Assembly (NCBI RefSeq): GCF_001194135.2
Contig: NC_068981.1
Span: 157,531,592 to 157,578,605 of the forward strand
DNA length: 47,014 bases
Source of the DNA: Octopus bimaculoides
Lineage: Eukaryota
Direction of reading: 5' to 3'
The position numbers and the translations under genes were made by a program. The notes beneath the pieces are model-generated. The model was not told where the DNA came from. It did no database searches and saw nothing but the letters and a program-made list of their open reading frames with translations. Positions 10,176 through 22,888 of this stretch are shown in pieces; the stretch's first letter is position 1, and every line of letters begins with the position of its first letter.

Positions 10176-12285
10176 AGACTGTACCTGAAATTCAGTGATC
10201 CAACTTAGTCATACAGTGTTACACTGATTATGCTTTAGGATTACGACACTGAAATATTCAAGTATATACACTATGATTTAATTATCAAGAAGTTTAATTG
10301 ATGGAACAAATATTGCGTGGTAGTTTGCCGTACGCTCTAATAATTCTCTTAATTCACCTCCTGCTTACTCTGGTTTTACCTACTTCAACAATGTATACAA
10401 TATTCTCAGCGGTTCCTAGATACTTGCAGCATCTGTTGTTAGGTACAGAAAAAGTAGATAGACATTGATATTGATATTCGATTTTATCTTTATTGAAGAC
10501 TTAAGAACATATGTACAGGTCAGATTCACTTCTGATGGATTGTTAGGAAGCTGTAACTATTTTCCCTTTGCTCAAAGTACTATAAATGTGTACTTGAGGT
10601 CATAAAAATTAGGAGACATTAATTGTATTTTCCTCAGCTGGTCGAAACATGTAACCTTAGAATTTCCTCAAAGGACTGAAAAGGTATTTACTGCTACAAT
10701 AAACAACAGTACACAAAGGCTGTTACCCGGGAACATTCAAAGCGATAATATGGTTTTGTTTGACTTTCGTGTGATTCATTGTTTCTAGTATATATGAGAA
10801 AATTATAGTAAAATGTTTTGTTTCTTTACATATATATACATTTACACACACACACACACACACACATGAAATTTAATCATTCTACCACCGGTTTTGGTTC
10901 CTTCTGTGTAGCTTTGTTTATGAGAAAGCTGTTCGACACTCTCTAGTCACTAGTCACCACATTATATTTCACAATGATCTTGGATAAATATGTATACATT
11001 AGTGTATGTATGTAACTTAAATACATTTATAATGATTTCTGTATTTGTATTTCACAATAGTCTTGAATAAATAAATATCCATATGTGTAGCTATGTAAGT
11101 TTGATACACTTATTATTATTTATTTATTTAATACGTTTATAATGATTATGATAATAATAATTACAATAGTGCTGTCATTATTCGCTACAAGGTCACCGAA
11201 ACAAGAACTAAGCAATAACATTAATTTGTTTATGGTAAGAGTAATGTCAGAAGTCAATAAACTGTAGAAAAGCTGAGATCATATACTGAGTCGGTATAAA
11301 GTTTCTGGGCAGAGAGAGAGAGAGTATTTTTTCTTTTTAAACTGTTAAACTTGAACAAAATATTTTCACTAAGTCGAGCGATCTTGCAGTTATCCACTAC
11401 ACACTAGTATAAACACACCAGTGTATACACTGATGTATTCATACAAACATACATACATACATACATACATACATACATACATACTTGCATAACTATGATT
11501 AGGTAGATAATGTGGGGGAACATTAAGGAACCTCCACACCTCCACCCGAAAAACAGTCAGTATTAATATTTCCATACCATATATTCACAGTTGCATTCAC
11601 AAACCTAGAAATATAAAACACAATCGGAAACGTACTCCCACACCCACATACTTCTGCATCACACACCCAAATAATCAACCTCATGGGAGAGTTCTATAAC
11701 GAAGGAAACACCCATACCGAACGAAGTGAATGGAAACCTCTATAGATAAAAAAAAAAGGAAAAAAATTGCTTATGTATCGAAATAGTGTGGCTTTCCAAA
11801 TTCAGCTCTGTTCTTGATCAGCGGCCTATATATGTGTACACCCCACCATCCAAACAACACAAACCCCGATACATATGAATACTCACACCTTCACATAAGC
11901 GCATGTGTTTATACAGGCACGCATGCGTGTATATCTGTGCGCGCCTGCGCGTAACTAGAAGGTAGTACGCTTCCTTAGATATGAGGCTGCTTGTAGTGTT
12001 GGGTTTAATTCATCCAGTGGTTATTAAACGATCACTTTTTGCTTCTGGTTTCAGTTGTATATCAATGTATACAATATCATTTAACGTATTCGCTAATCTG
12101 TTGGCAATAACACTTTTAGGAAGGTTTTTCACCAACGTCTCAGTGTTCGTGTATACATGCATGCATGTATACATACATACATACATACATATGTACGTAT
12201 GCATACATATACATATATAATGTCTCTCCCTATATATAATCTATATATTTATAGTATTTCTCTATATATATATATGCATATATAT

Positions 12286-12542
12286 ATGATGGACTCTCAC
12301 GTTGAAGATGACATATTAGTGTTCAGTTTTTGCCAAACGACCTACACAAATGTTGTTTATAGTGATCAAATGCACGTGCTGTACATTAGCACCCTCTCTC
12401 CATCAAATCGACGCGTCAAGTGTCGAAGTGATCGCAGAAAAAGCCTGAGATGTGTTTTGTTCAATAACACAACTCACCACTCCGTTTAGGAATTGAAACC
12501 ACGATCTCGTAATCGTGAGCGCAACACCCTAACCACTAGGCC
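12286..12542 (-). mobile_element. tRNA-headed SINE family E
   Basis: Minus head GGCCTAGTGGTTAGGGTG...GGTTTCAATTCC (box A/B), then TTGTGTTATTGAACAAAACAC (CORE-like); tail GAGAGTCCATCAT. Confidence 0.75.
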
Positions 12543-12691
12543 GACAAAGCAAGGAAAGTGACATTCAACACATTTGGTAGGAGTTACATATATTATTTAT
12601 ATTATTTAGAACTAATTTCACTCAGCTCCATGCAACTTAAAGTTTCGTAGGATAGTAGGACGAACCCATTTCAACAGGCATATAAAAATGT

Positions 12692-12846
12692 ATGCGTAGT
12701 TGTGTGGTAAGAAGCATGCTGCCCAACCATATGGTTCGGAGTTCAGTCTCACTGCGTGGCACCTTGGGCAAGTGTCTTCTACTACAGCCATGGGCCGGCC
12801 AAAGCCTTGTGAGTGAATTTGGTAGACGGAAACTGAAAGAAGTCCG

Positions 12847-12849
<3 letters not shown>
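12692..12849 (+). mobile_element. SINE A 5' half running into (TA)n and gap 12889-13744
   Basis: GGCACCTTGGGCAAGTGTCTTCTAC...CCAAAGCCTTGTGAGTG...GGAAACTGAAAGAAG. Confidence 0.9.
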
Positions 12850-12888
<39 letters not shown>

Positions 12889-14149
12889 NNNNNNNNNNNN
12901 NNNNNNNNNNNNNNNNNNNNNNNNNNNNNNNNNNNNNNNNNNNNNNNNNNNNNNNNNNNNNNNNNNNNNNNNNNNNNNNNNNNNNNNNNNNNNNNNNNNN
13001 NNNNNNNNNNNNNNNNNNNNNNNNNNNNNNNNNNNNNNNNNNNNNNNNNNNNNNNNNNNNNNNNNNNNNNNNNNNNNNNNNNNNNNNNNNNNNNNNNNNN
13101 NNNNNNNNNNNNNNNNNNNNNNNNNNNNNNNNNNNNNNNNNNNNNNNNNNNNNNNNNNNNNNNNNNNNNNNNNNNNNNNNNNNNNNNNNNNNNNNNNNNN
13201 NNNNNNNNNNNNNNNNNNNNNNNNNNNNNNNNNNNNNNNNNNNNNNNNNNNNNNNNNNNNNNNNNNNNNNNNNNNNNNNNNNNNNNNNNNNNNNNNNNNN
13301 NNNNNNNNNNNNNNNNNNNNNNNNNNNNNNNNNNNNNNNNNNNNNNNNNNNNNNNNNNNNNNNNNNNNNNNNNNNNNNNNNNNNNNNNNNNNNNNNNNNN
13401 NNNNNNNNNNNNNNNNNNNNNNNNNNNNNNNNNNNNNNNNNNNNNNNNNNNNNNNNNNNNNNNNNNNNNNNNNNNNNNNNNNNNNNNNNNNNNNNNNNNN
13501 NNNNNNNNNNNNNNNNNNNNNNNNNNNNNNNNNNNNNNNNNNNNNNNNNNNNNNNNNNNNNNNNNNNNNNNNNNNNNNNNNNNNNNNNNNNNNNNNNNNN
13601 NNNNNNNNNNNNNNNNNNNNNNNNNNNNNNNNNNNNNNNNNNNNNNNNNNNNNNNNNNNNNNNNNNNNNNNNNNNNNNNNNNNNNNNNNNNNNNNNNNNN
13701 NNNNNNNNNNNNNNNNNNNNNNNNNNNNNNNNNNNNNNNNNNNNGATTACAACTGGGGTTTATTTTTAAATTAAAATTTTTTTTTTTATTAAGGCACACA
13801 TTATAAACTACAACAGTTTTATTTCTAAACATAAATAAATGAGTGGTGAAAAATTAATGCTATAAGTTTTAAACGAAATAGGGTCTGATCTATGGAACGA
13901 ATGGGAGAAAACTGAATTTTTAATATATTTTCCACATTCAACGTCTTTATGAGTTATTCGTCAGATTGTTGATGATCGAGGGTGTGTAAATATTGGGCTG
14001 TATTTAGGGTATCAGATGGCCTTAATCTGAGCTGGTATATAATAATTACGGCGTCATAGTCCATGTAAAAGTATAATATTTCTCAGATACAGTAACACAG
14101 CAGATGTTATCTGTTCACAGAAGCTTGATGAAAGTCAATGATACAATTC

Positions 14150-14295
14150 AAGCCAACGAAGGAGCGCTTGCCCTAAGAAACAACACTGGATAATGTAGTC
14201 CTAGATACAGTTTTTTTTTTTAATTACCTGATAGTCGTAGTTTGGACGCCTTTGATACAAGCCCTGTTTAATCAGAGATGACTTGACCTAAACTG
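14150..14295 (+). mobile_element. Repeat family D, 3' part
   Basis: CACTGGATAATGTAGTCCTAGATAC...GCCTTTGATACAAG...AATCAGAGATGACTTGACCTAAAC. Confidence 0.6.
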
Positions 14296-14476
14296 AGAAC
14301 TAAAACAAAAAAGAGACGTTACGAAATATGTCAAGACAAAATTGATTTCGGCGAGATTTACCTTCAGAATGTTAAGAGTGGTCGTAAATACAGCATAGTA
14401 CTAATGATAATAATAAGAATTATTTCTAAGATGGACAAGAGGCCAATAATTTTAGAGGGAGGGTGTTACATGATAT

Positions 14477-14855
14477 TGATGTTGGCACTCCGTCGCTTAC
14501 GACGTCGAGGGTTCCAGTTGGTCCAATCAACGGAACAGCCTGCTCGTGACATTAACGTGCAAGTGGCTGAGCACTCCACAGACACGTGTTCCCTTAACGT
14601 AGTTCTCGGAGATATTCAGCGTGACACAGTATGACAAGGCTGACCCTTTGAATTACAGGCACAGCAGAAAGTAAGAGTGAGAGAAAGTTGTGGTGAAAGA
14701 GTACAGCAGGGTTCGCCACCATCCCCTGCCGGAGACTCGTGGAGCTTTAGATGTTTTCGCTCAATAAACACTCACAACGCCCGGTCTGGGAATCGAAACC
14801 GCGATCCTATGACCGTGAGTCCGCTGCCCTAACCACTGGGCCATTGCGCCTCCAC
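14477..14855 (-). mobile_element. Full-length tRNA-headed SINE family F with 12-bp TSD
   Basis: Minus head GGAGGCGCAATGGCCCAGTGGTTAGGGCAGCGGACTCACGGTC...GGTTTCGATTCCC; tail CTCGACGTCGTAAGCGACGGAGTGCCAACATC. TSD GTTA(C/T)ATGATAT at 14465-14476 and 14856-14867. Confidence 0.9.
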
Positions 14856-15080
14856 GTTATATGATATAGGCCACGGTATTTAACTAATACTTTGTTTCAA
14901 CGACTCCGGAGGGATGAAAGGCAATGTTAGCCTCGGTCGAATTAGAATTCAGAAAGGGAAAGAGTAAGAAAATGTATTTCAGGTATTTTGCCCAACACAC
15001 TAACGAATCTGCCAATCTATTGATCAAATAGTAATAATAATAATACTAAGTAACAATAATAATAGTATTGATTTCTTTAT

Positions 15081-15262
15081 TAGGCATGGATGCGTGGTAG
15101 AGAAGCTTGCTCCCCAAACATGTGGTCTTCGGTTCAGTTCCGCTGCATGGCACCTTTAGCAAGTGTCTTCTGCCATAGTCCACAGCCGACCAAAGCATTT
15201 TGAGTGGATTTGGTAGACAGAAATTGAAAAGAATCCCGTTATGTGTGTGTGTGTGCGCGCAG

Positions 15263-15300
<38 letters not shown>

Positions 15301-15682
15301 ATGTGTGTATACATGTATATATATATATGTGTGTGTGTGTGTATGTGTGCATGTGTGTGTGTGCGTGTGTATGTGCGCGCTCGTATGTGTATGTGTATAC
15401 ATATATAGGCATGTGTATGTGTGTGCGTGTGCATGTAAGTATAGATATATAGATATGTGTGTATGTGTGTGTGTGTGTGTGTGCGTGCCCAACTACCACT
15501 TGACACCTAATGTTATTTTGTTTGTCCTCCTAACCTAGCCGTTCGGCAAGAAAAAATCGATACAATAAGTACCAGGCTTAAAAATATATATACAGGGGTT
15601 GATTTGTTCGGCTAAATCCCTCAAGGTAGTGCCCCATCGTGGCTGCAGTCCAACGACCAAAATAATTAAAAGACAAAAGATA
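15081..15682 (+). mobile_element. SINE A, full length, about 250-bp internal microsatellite
   Basis: 5' half 15081-15240, (TG)/(GA)/(TA) spacer, 3' half 15490-15682. Confidence 0.85.
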
Positions 15683-15689
15683 AGGAGGC

Positions 15690-15845
15690 TGTTCGACCGT
15701 CTAGAAGTTGTATCTAAGCCACCATTAAATCACACCCTTTCTTTCTTAAATAAAAGGACACATTAGAAAATGTAATCCTGCATACAGAATGCTCTTGATA
15801 ATGAGTGTGCCTGATTGGGTGTAACCTTGGGATAAACAACAACAA
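15690..15845 (+). mobile_element. Repeat family D copy with (AAC)n tail
   Basis: AAATCACACCCT...AAGGACACATTAGAAAATGTAATCC...GGGATAAACAACAACAA. Confidence 0.65.
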
Positions 15846-16749
15846 AAGTAACAACCACTTTAGGCTCATGTTGAATATATGCACGTGCAATATATGCAAA
15901 CACATGCATACACATACGTGGACACGCAGGTACACGCACACATGCACACGCGCGCAAGCATATGAGCCAGTTATGTGGGATTCTTTTAACATTTTTAGAT
16001 CTATCAGTGTGTTAGAGAGGGAGAGAGAGACGGGGAGAGAGAGAAAGAAAGAAAGGCAGAAAGAGAGAGAGAGTAACATGAATTATGTGTAGCACGTGAA
16101 ATAGTTGCTCAACCAATAATTGTAACTCTTTTGTTTGTTTGTTTTTGTTTTTTTTCGTGATATAAAACCATGTTTTCTAAATTATAGAGTGGACTCAGTG
16201 CATTACTGCTAGTTATTTAATCGATATTTATTTGTCTAATCGATATCTATTTGTTTAATCGAAGAATGAAAAGCAGTTGACATTCGTAGAATTTGAACTC
16301 GGAACAGAACACCAAGGATGTTCTTTTTCTTTTTATTTTACAAGCTATAATTTCAGTCAATTTCCAACACAAAACCATCTCCAGCATCGTCCGTCCATTT
16401 CAGCTGCTTTCTTTCATCTTCATTACACCCCACTCATCTTCAACATACCCTGTTCGCTTTCGTTTCACCCTACAATCCTCACTACACCCAATCGTCTCTG
16501 CTCTATTCGGCTACTCCACCGGCTTAAATAGAGTAGTTAATGATATGAACATCGAATACTTTAAACTTCGCCAGAAATCAGATTGTCAATCAATAAGAAT
16601 TAGAAGAAATGAACACTGCAATTTTAATTGCTAATTAGTTGGCATCCCCATGAGCTAAATGTACGGAATCTAATTAGAAAGTTATTGAAAACTACATTTT
16701 GCCATGGATTTATGGTTGGAATAGTTTTGCGGTTGGTTGATTAAGATAA

Positions 16750-17340
16750 CCGATTCGTAATGAAACGCGTTGCAGACCACTTATTGAGGAAACATCGATA
16801 TGAACAGAAACAAATAAATTTACTGTTTCCTCGTGCTTAAAAGAAAGAAAAAATAGCATCATCCAATAAGAAAACAAACCTATCAAGAACAATACCGAAA
16901 ACAGATTGAAATGATATTATACAAAGTCAATAATATTTGGTATAAAACATTATATGAAATATAAACAAAATACAAATGAAATATGTATAAAATATAAACA
17001 AAACATAAAATACAAATACATGAAATATTAACAAACGATAAAGTGGAAACATATTCGTGCACCAAACGTTCTAAAGATTTGTTCTAACACCCTTTATGAA
17101 AGAAGCGAAGATTATGCAAATTATATGGAGTTCTCTAAATATAAAGATCTAATGAAAAAATTCCGACCAAGGCAAAAGCCTCAAGGTACCTGCTAACTAA
17201 TTAAAAGAAGAAAAAAAAATGAATGTACAAATTACTTGAAGAGATAATACAAAACAAATATAAAGAATTTTTAAGTGTTTAATTTGAATCCAAGTGGACC
17301 GAAAATATAGGAGCTTTGTCTAAAGGGGTTGAGAAGTGAG
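16750..17340 (+). pseudogene. Decayed coding-like segment, unassigned
   Basis: Short open stretches broken by stops and frameshifts: YQEQYRKQIEMILYKVNNIWYKTLYEI*, LYERSEDYANYMEFSKYKDLMKKFRPRQKPQGTC*, MYKLLEEIIQNKYKEFLSV*. Confidence 0.25.
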
Positions 17341-18156
17341 AAGTATAATAGAATTTTGCAAGTTTGCGGAGATCGTAACGTAGCCCCGGTTAGAATCCGG
17401 AAAGCTAAATATCTTTTTGTTGAGAAATGTACGACGACATCATTCGTTGTTCGGACGGTTGTTTTTTTTTGCGTGAACTAAAATGGTGGGAGAAGACATT
17501 TTAATTAGGGGCAATGCGTGGTTTTATTTAGGAGGTAAATCTAAGATTGTGCTTTTTGACGGAACGCAGTGCAACTTGAGATACGATTAAGCTTTTAATT
17601 ATTTATTTATTTATCATTTATATATTTTTGGCAAGCAAGATTTGTATCGAAGTAGATATTTTCTGTCACTCAGTTGCTGTATTCGTATTAAAGATATGAC
17701 GTTGGAAAAAGAGCATATGTATGTGTGTGTATATATATATAAGAAATAGAAAGTCCTTGGTACATTGGTACAGTATTATATATTTGAAAATGAATAGAAT
17801 TGGCTGTTCTGATAATATTTCCACTTTAATAAAGTGGAAAATTTATCAGAAAAGCTATTTCTATTCATAGATCGGAAGAGNNNNNNNNNNNNNNNNNNNN
17901 NNNNNNNNNNNNNNNNNNNNNNNNNNNNNNNNNNNNNNNNNNNNNNNNNNNNNNNNNNNNNNNNNNNNNNNNNNNNNNNNNNNNNNNNNNNNNNNNNNNN
18001 NNNNNNNNNNNNNNNNNNNNNNNNNNNNNNNNNNNNNNNNNNNNNNNNNNNNNNNNNNNNNNNNNNNNNNNNNNNNNNNNNNNNNNNNNNNNNNNNNNNN
18101 NNNNNNNNNNNNNNNNNNNNTATGTATGTATGTATGTATGTATGTATGTATGTATG

Positions 18157-18191
<35 letters not shown>

Positions 18192-18959
18192 ACGAATTCT
18201 AGTAGGACAATTTATTCTCTTAACAGCATCACTGACTGAATCAACAACTGCGAAAACAAACGATATGCTACATATGCACGCACACACGCACATACACACG
18301 CACATTTATATACACACGTTTAGACATACACACACAAATGCATAGATTCATACATACTGTAGATTCTTAAAGGCAATATGGAAAGTTAAATGGTGAAAGA
18401 AGTTATTTATGTTAGTGTTTCTCTAGGTGCCACCGCTTTTTCAAGGGAATGTAATAATTAAATAAACACACACATATGCACACGCACACGCACGGACGCA
18501 TATTTTTATATATATACGTACACCTATTCTATGTATTTATGTATGTATAACGCATAGCTGACGGAGATGCATGTGTATAAACATGGCATATATTTTGGTT
18601 TTGGCACCGTTTCATTCGTCCTACCAACTTCACTCTCCAGTAATGACATCTCTTACACACACCATTCCTTCTCTGCAACCCACGAATTCCTTCAAGCAGA
18701 GCGAAATCGGGTGAAAATATTTCCAAAATGGTTTTATGAGAAAGCGTTATTATTTTCGGGATCAAAATATAGTGAAACCACAGCAGCAACGGCTGTAGCA
18801 ACAGCTACAACAACAAAACAACTGCATTAATTGGATCATCGTCATCGTCATCGTCATCGTCGTCAAGAGCAATTCCAGTAACAAGAATAACTGTAATAAC
18901 TGCAATTTTATTAACACCTACATACAGCAGTAACGATAAGATCAACAACAGAACGAGGA

Positions 18960-19080
18960 AACTTCTATGGTATCCTACAACCTGCTAGAACTAACAGCCA
19001 AATCTCCCTCAAATCATACCCTACGTCTAAGAAAAAAAAAAATAAGACACACTTGAAAATGTTGTCTCCAGGGACTGTTC
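18960..19080 (+). mobile_element. Repeat family D, 5' part
   Basis: ACCTGCTAGAACTAACAGCCAAATCTCCCTCAAATCATACCCTACGTCTAAG. Confidence 0.7.
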
Positions 19081-19127
19081 CAAGGGGAGAGTATATTTAG
19101 ACACCGCAAGTTAATGAATCGATAAGA

Positions 19128-19310
19128 AAGCTTCTATGTGTGCATTCGACCTGCCAGAAATAGCAAACAAAACACTCAGATTATATGCCACTACCGTCTT
19201 AAATCAGATTTGATAACGTAGTCCTTACAAAAAAGGGGAGGGGACGATCAAATTTGGACTGCCTTTGATCATAAGTCTTCTCGATCAGAGATAATATTGG
19301 GCTAAGCAGC
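19128..19310 (+). mobile_element. Repeat family D copy
   Basis: TCGACCTGCCAGAAATAGC...GCCTTTGATCATAAGTCT...GGGCTAAGCAGC. Confidence 0.7.
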
Positions 19311-19801
19311 ATCGACAGCTGTAATAGTAGTAAAAAAACAGTGACACCACCATCACCGCCATTACCACCACCAGCGCCGCCGCCACTACTTCTACAAGAA
19401 CTACAGCAACTACAACTATGTTAGTTATACAAACTGTGACACAGGCACAACTTCAGCAATCGCAGTTGTAATATAAACAGAGACACCACTTCCGCAACCA
19501 CAACAACAAGTGAAATAGTGTAACCTCTAGTTATGCTGTAAAAATATAACAATAACAATACTTCTATAAACAAACTATAAAAATAAGAACAGCAACCAAT
19601 GAACAACTGCTAAAACAGAAACGCATAAAAATATAATCCGGTTCGGAACCGGTAAATATCTTGTGAGATTATACATCGACATGTGGACGTAGTCTACCAC
19701 AAAAGAAATATCACAGATATTGCTTTGTGGTAAACTGGGTGTTGCTCCTGAATACATGTCTGCCCTCTCTGCACCATCCAATGATCCTTCTCCACATAAC
19801 A

Positions 19802-19803
19802 GA

Positions 19804-19852
<49 letters not shown>
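19802..19852. repeat. (AAT)n microsatellite
   Basis: Direct reading. Confidence 0.95.
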
Positions 19853-19854
<2 letters not shown>

Positions 19855-19886
19855 TTCAGTACCAGATACATTGCAGACGTTGCTGT

Positions 19887-20105
19887 CAGAACGTAAAAGG
19901 CGAGAACAAATACCGCAAGGAACGCTATCCAAAGCTCTCTAAGATTTTAGCCAATCTATTACCTTGGATTGGTCCTTTATTTATCAACCTTCAAAGGCAT
20001 CAAAAGTAAGTTTACGCGGCAGAATGTGAAGTCAGAAATGAGAGAACCGGAATAAATACCGAAGGGTATACTATCCGACGCTCTAACGATCTCTGCTTAT
20101 TGGCG
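19887..20105 (-). mobile_element. Two tandem old SINE B-like fragments
   Basis: CAGAACGTAAA...AAATACCGCAAGG at 19890-19965 and GGCAGAATGTGAAGTCAGAA...AAATACCG...CCGACGCTCTAACGAT at 19975-20105. Confidence 0.55.
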
Positions 20106-20199
20106 GTAGAAATATCAGTAATGATAACATCAACAGAAATAAAACCAGTCACATCAAGAACGCTAACCTCACCAACATGAGCCAATGATAGAGCCTTCA

Positions 20200-20390
20200 C
20201 CTTGTACGAAATGCTAGAAACAGCTGTCAAATTTCCCCTAAATCACATCCTATAATGTATTGAATGGACACATTGGACTATGTTGTCCAGAACAGATTAT
20301 TCAAAAAGAAATGATGATATAGTTGTGGCTGGTTGATCTTTGATCATACATGTCTGTTCAATAAATATTGAGCAAGGGTTAAACAATGGC
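20200..20390 (+). mobile_element. Repeat family D copy
   Basis: TGCTAGAAACAGC...AAATCACATCCT...GGACACATTGGA...CTTTGATCATAC...GGGTTAAACAA. Confidence 0.65.
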
Positions 20391-20439
20391 AAAAAAATAA
20401 ACGAAAAAAAACAAAACAAACAAAAACGAAACAAAACAC

Positions 20440-20890
20440 GAATTTGATCTCTCATTCCACTCTAAAACATAAATCTCTTGTTCCCTATTGCTAATCCATC
20501 TCTGTTATGATCTCTTTATTTCAACATATTTCTGAAATGTCTGGTCTTGAGTAGAGACCTCAGTTGCAAAGGTTTTCTGTTCATTTTCCTATTCTTCTCC
20601 TGCTCTTCAAACACCTCCAGCAGTTGTTTATCTCTCACTCGTTCTACAGAAAGGACAACTATAAAATTGTCGTCTAGCTCTGAAGTAATTAAAATAATTA
20701 TACTCGGTGAAGTCAGTATAGAGAGCCTGTTTGGATGTTTGTAGTCCTGCCATACTATTCTGAACTGCTTGATTCAGTTCCAGTTTCTCAAATAGAATCT
20801 TTCGCACCACTACTCATACTATGGGAGGTAACGCTTCCGATCTTTCCTTCATATTTCCCTGAAAGTGTGTTTCAGAATTAGTTCGAATCC
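20440..20890 (-). pseudogene. Decayed coding-like segment, unassigned
   Basis: Minus strand: SLVRIRTNSETHFQGNMKERSEALPPIV*VVVRKILFEKLELNQ...; after a frame change SELDDNFIVVLSVERVRDKQLLEVFEEQEKNRKMNRKPLQLRSLLKTRHFRNMLK*RDHNRDGLAIGNKRFMF*SGMRDQ. Confidence 0.3.
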
Positions 20891-20959
20891 TCACCAAACT
20901 TTTAATCTTACTCTTTTGTTTTTTACAGGAATATATCTAAATTTGTAGAGATATGATAC

Positions 20960-21725
20960 AGTGCGATCTCTTTAGATCTGCCTACAATCAGATTATCATC
21001 CTCATTTCTAACAGCTCAAAATTGAAGTAGAAGATCCTAAACAAGTCCCCACCTCATCACTTAGAACATTTGAGTATCAGATAGTAAGCACCATTCCGAG
21101 TTCAGTAAAGCCATGCCTCGTGTAGTAAATTCTAGGCAATTTAACTAGAAAGCCTCTTCCTTAACCTTCTGTACACTAAACGTCATCCACACGTTGCGTA
21201 AACTGCCTGACGCCAGATCTACTCTGCACCAATAATCAGTCTCGAAAAATTTTTGATTGGATCATGACAACATACTCAGCTTCAACAGTACATATTGATC
21301 TTGAACAATACAGGAAGTTGTTACAAATGTTAGAGTTTACCATGTGGCATTTATTTTTCTTCTAGACACAATAACATTGCCAAAGACTGCATCATATAAA
21401 CTTCAAACTTGATCCGACCTACGTATTTCGAGCGTAACTCAACGGTGATACTGCTATATCTAAGACCATCCTAGACTACATACAAATGAAGACCATTTGG
21501 CTGTTGTGTAACTATTGCCCCATAAATATGTTGTTTCTCATGTCTATTACTTTCTGTCGATAATACAGCAAACACTGCTACTCTGAACTAACAAAGCTAC
21601 ATAACAGTTTCTAGTACAGTTTGCATGATGCAACCGCTTTCTCTTCATGCCTGTTATGTCCAATCCTTTGTTTCTAGAACTGCAGAACTCTGGAATTCAC
21701 CTTCCCACCAAAATTTATTCCCTTA
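20960..21725 (+). mobile_element. Highly decayed CR1-group LINE ORF2, RT to C-terminus
   Basis: Remnant motifs in the expected order: YKLQ-IRPT (cf. LYKAQIRPT), GDTAISKTILDYIQMKTIWLL (cf. GGA...LDRIQRKAIRLI), SITFCR*YSKHCYSEL (cf. SLFYRYYHG.CSSEL), QSFVSRTAELWNS (cf. SFxPRTxRLWNSLP). Confidence 0.65.
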
Positions 21726-22169
21726 GCAAACACACATACGTATATACATATACATGTGCATGAATTTTTCGCTACATTGGCGAGGCCAACCGAAGTAATG
21801 TCACTGCCGATTGCCCCTCTGACTAATTCATAATAAAATATAAATAAAACAAGAAAAACCCACAGACGTGAGAAACGCTACCACCTTTACCGCTTCACCG
21901 CCAGTACTAACAAAACGACAACCAAAGCCGACAAAGGAGTCCCTGTGTTGTTTCTTGACCTGCAAGAAATAGCAGTCAAATCTCCCTTTACTCATTTTGT
22001 CTTGAAAAATGAAGTACATGTCGAATGATCATAAGTCTTCTGGGTCTGAGCTAAACTGGAACTAAAAAAATAACAACCACTGCTACTTACAACAGCAACA
22101 CAGCCACTACTAACATACATTACAAGTGAAAACGCCCCCCACCCAACAACAATAACGGACCAACGTGTG

Positions 22170-22330
22170 AGCTTCTGCCTAATCACTCGACTTGCTGCAA
22201 AAAGCATTCAAATCTCCTCAAACCACACTCTACCGATTTAGGAGAAAAACTATTTGGATATAATGGTTTGGTCATGGCTGGAGCGTTTTGATTTTGGTTC
22301 TATTCAGACAGAGTTAACCTGGGCCTAAAC
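22170..22330 (+). mobile_element. Repeat family D copy
   Basis: TCACTCGACTTGCTGC...TGGTCATGGCTGGAGCG...AACCTGGGCCTAAAC. Confidence 0.7.
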
Positions 22331-22365
<35 letters not shown>

Positions 22366-22410
22366 TTTAGCAACATAACAACTAGTGTCATAATAGCACT
22401 GACAACATCA

Positions 22411-22500
22411 ACTACTACTACTACTGCTACTACTACTGCTACTACTACTGCTACTACTACTGCTACTACTACTGCTACTACTACTACTACTACTACTACT
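22411..22500. repeat. (ACT)n with a periodic 12-bp higher-order unit ACTACTACTGCT
   Basis: Direct reading. Confidence 0.9.
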
Positions 22501-22744
22501 TCAGGTAAATTAACATTAGAACTAGTATCATCATACCACCGATAAAATAACCACTACTGAAAGACAAAAAAAGCTTCAACTGTCACACACAATCAAGGAT
22601 GACTTGGCTGCATGTACCGTGCCTCCGCTAATTACTTTAGGTGCCTATGTAGTCGCGATCAGTCACAGACACCCACTCAGCTCTCTCACCTTTAGCCCAG
22701 TGAAACAACCAGCATGTAACAAGTGGGGGTAAAAGACTTTGATG

Positions 22745-22888
22745 AAGACATTTATTTATACATCCTGAAAAGATGAAAGGCAAATTGGATCTCAGCGGGA
22801 TTTGAAATCGGCACGCAGGAAGCTGGAACAAACGTCATAACGCATTTTATCCGATGCTCTCATGCCTTCGCCAATCAACCGCCTTAAC
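22745..22888 (-). mobile_element. SINE B-like fragment
   Basis: AAAGATGAAAGGCAAA...GATTTGAA...GCATTTTATCCGATGCTC...ACCGCCTT. Confidence 0.6.

Noticed and set aside
10625-10660. GTCGAAACATGTA, a Penelope-like stem III
   Set aside because: No CTGANGA core upstream.
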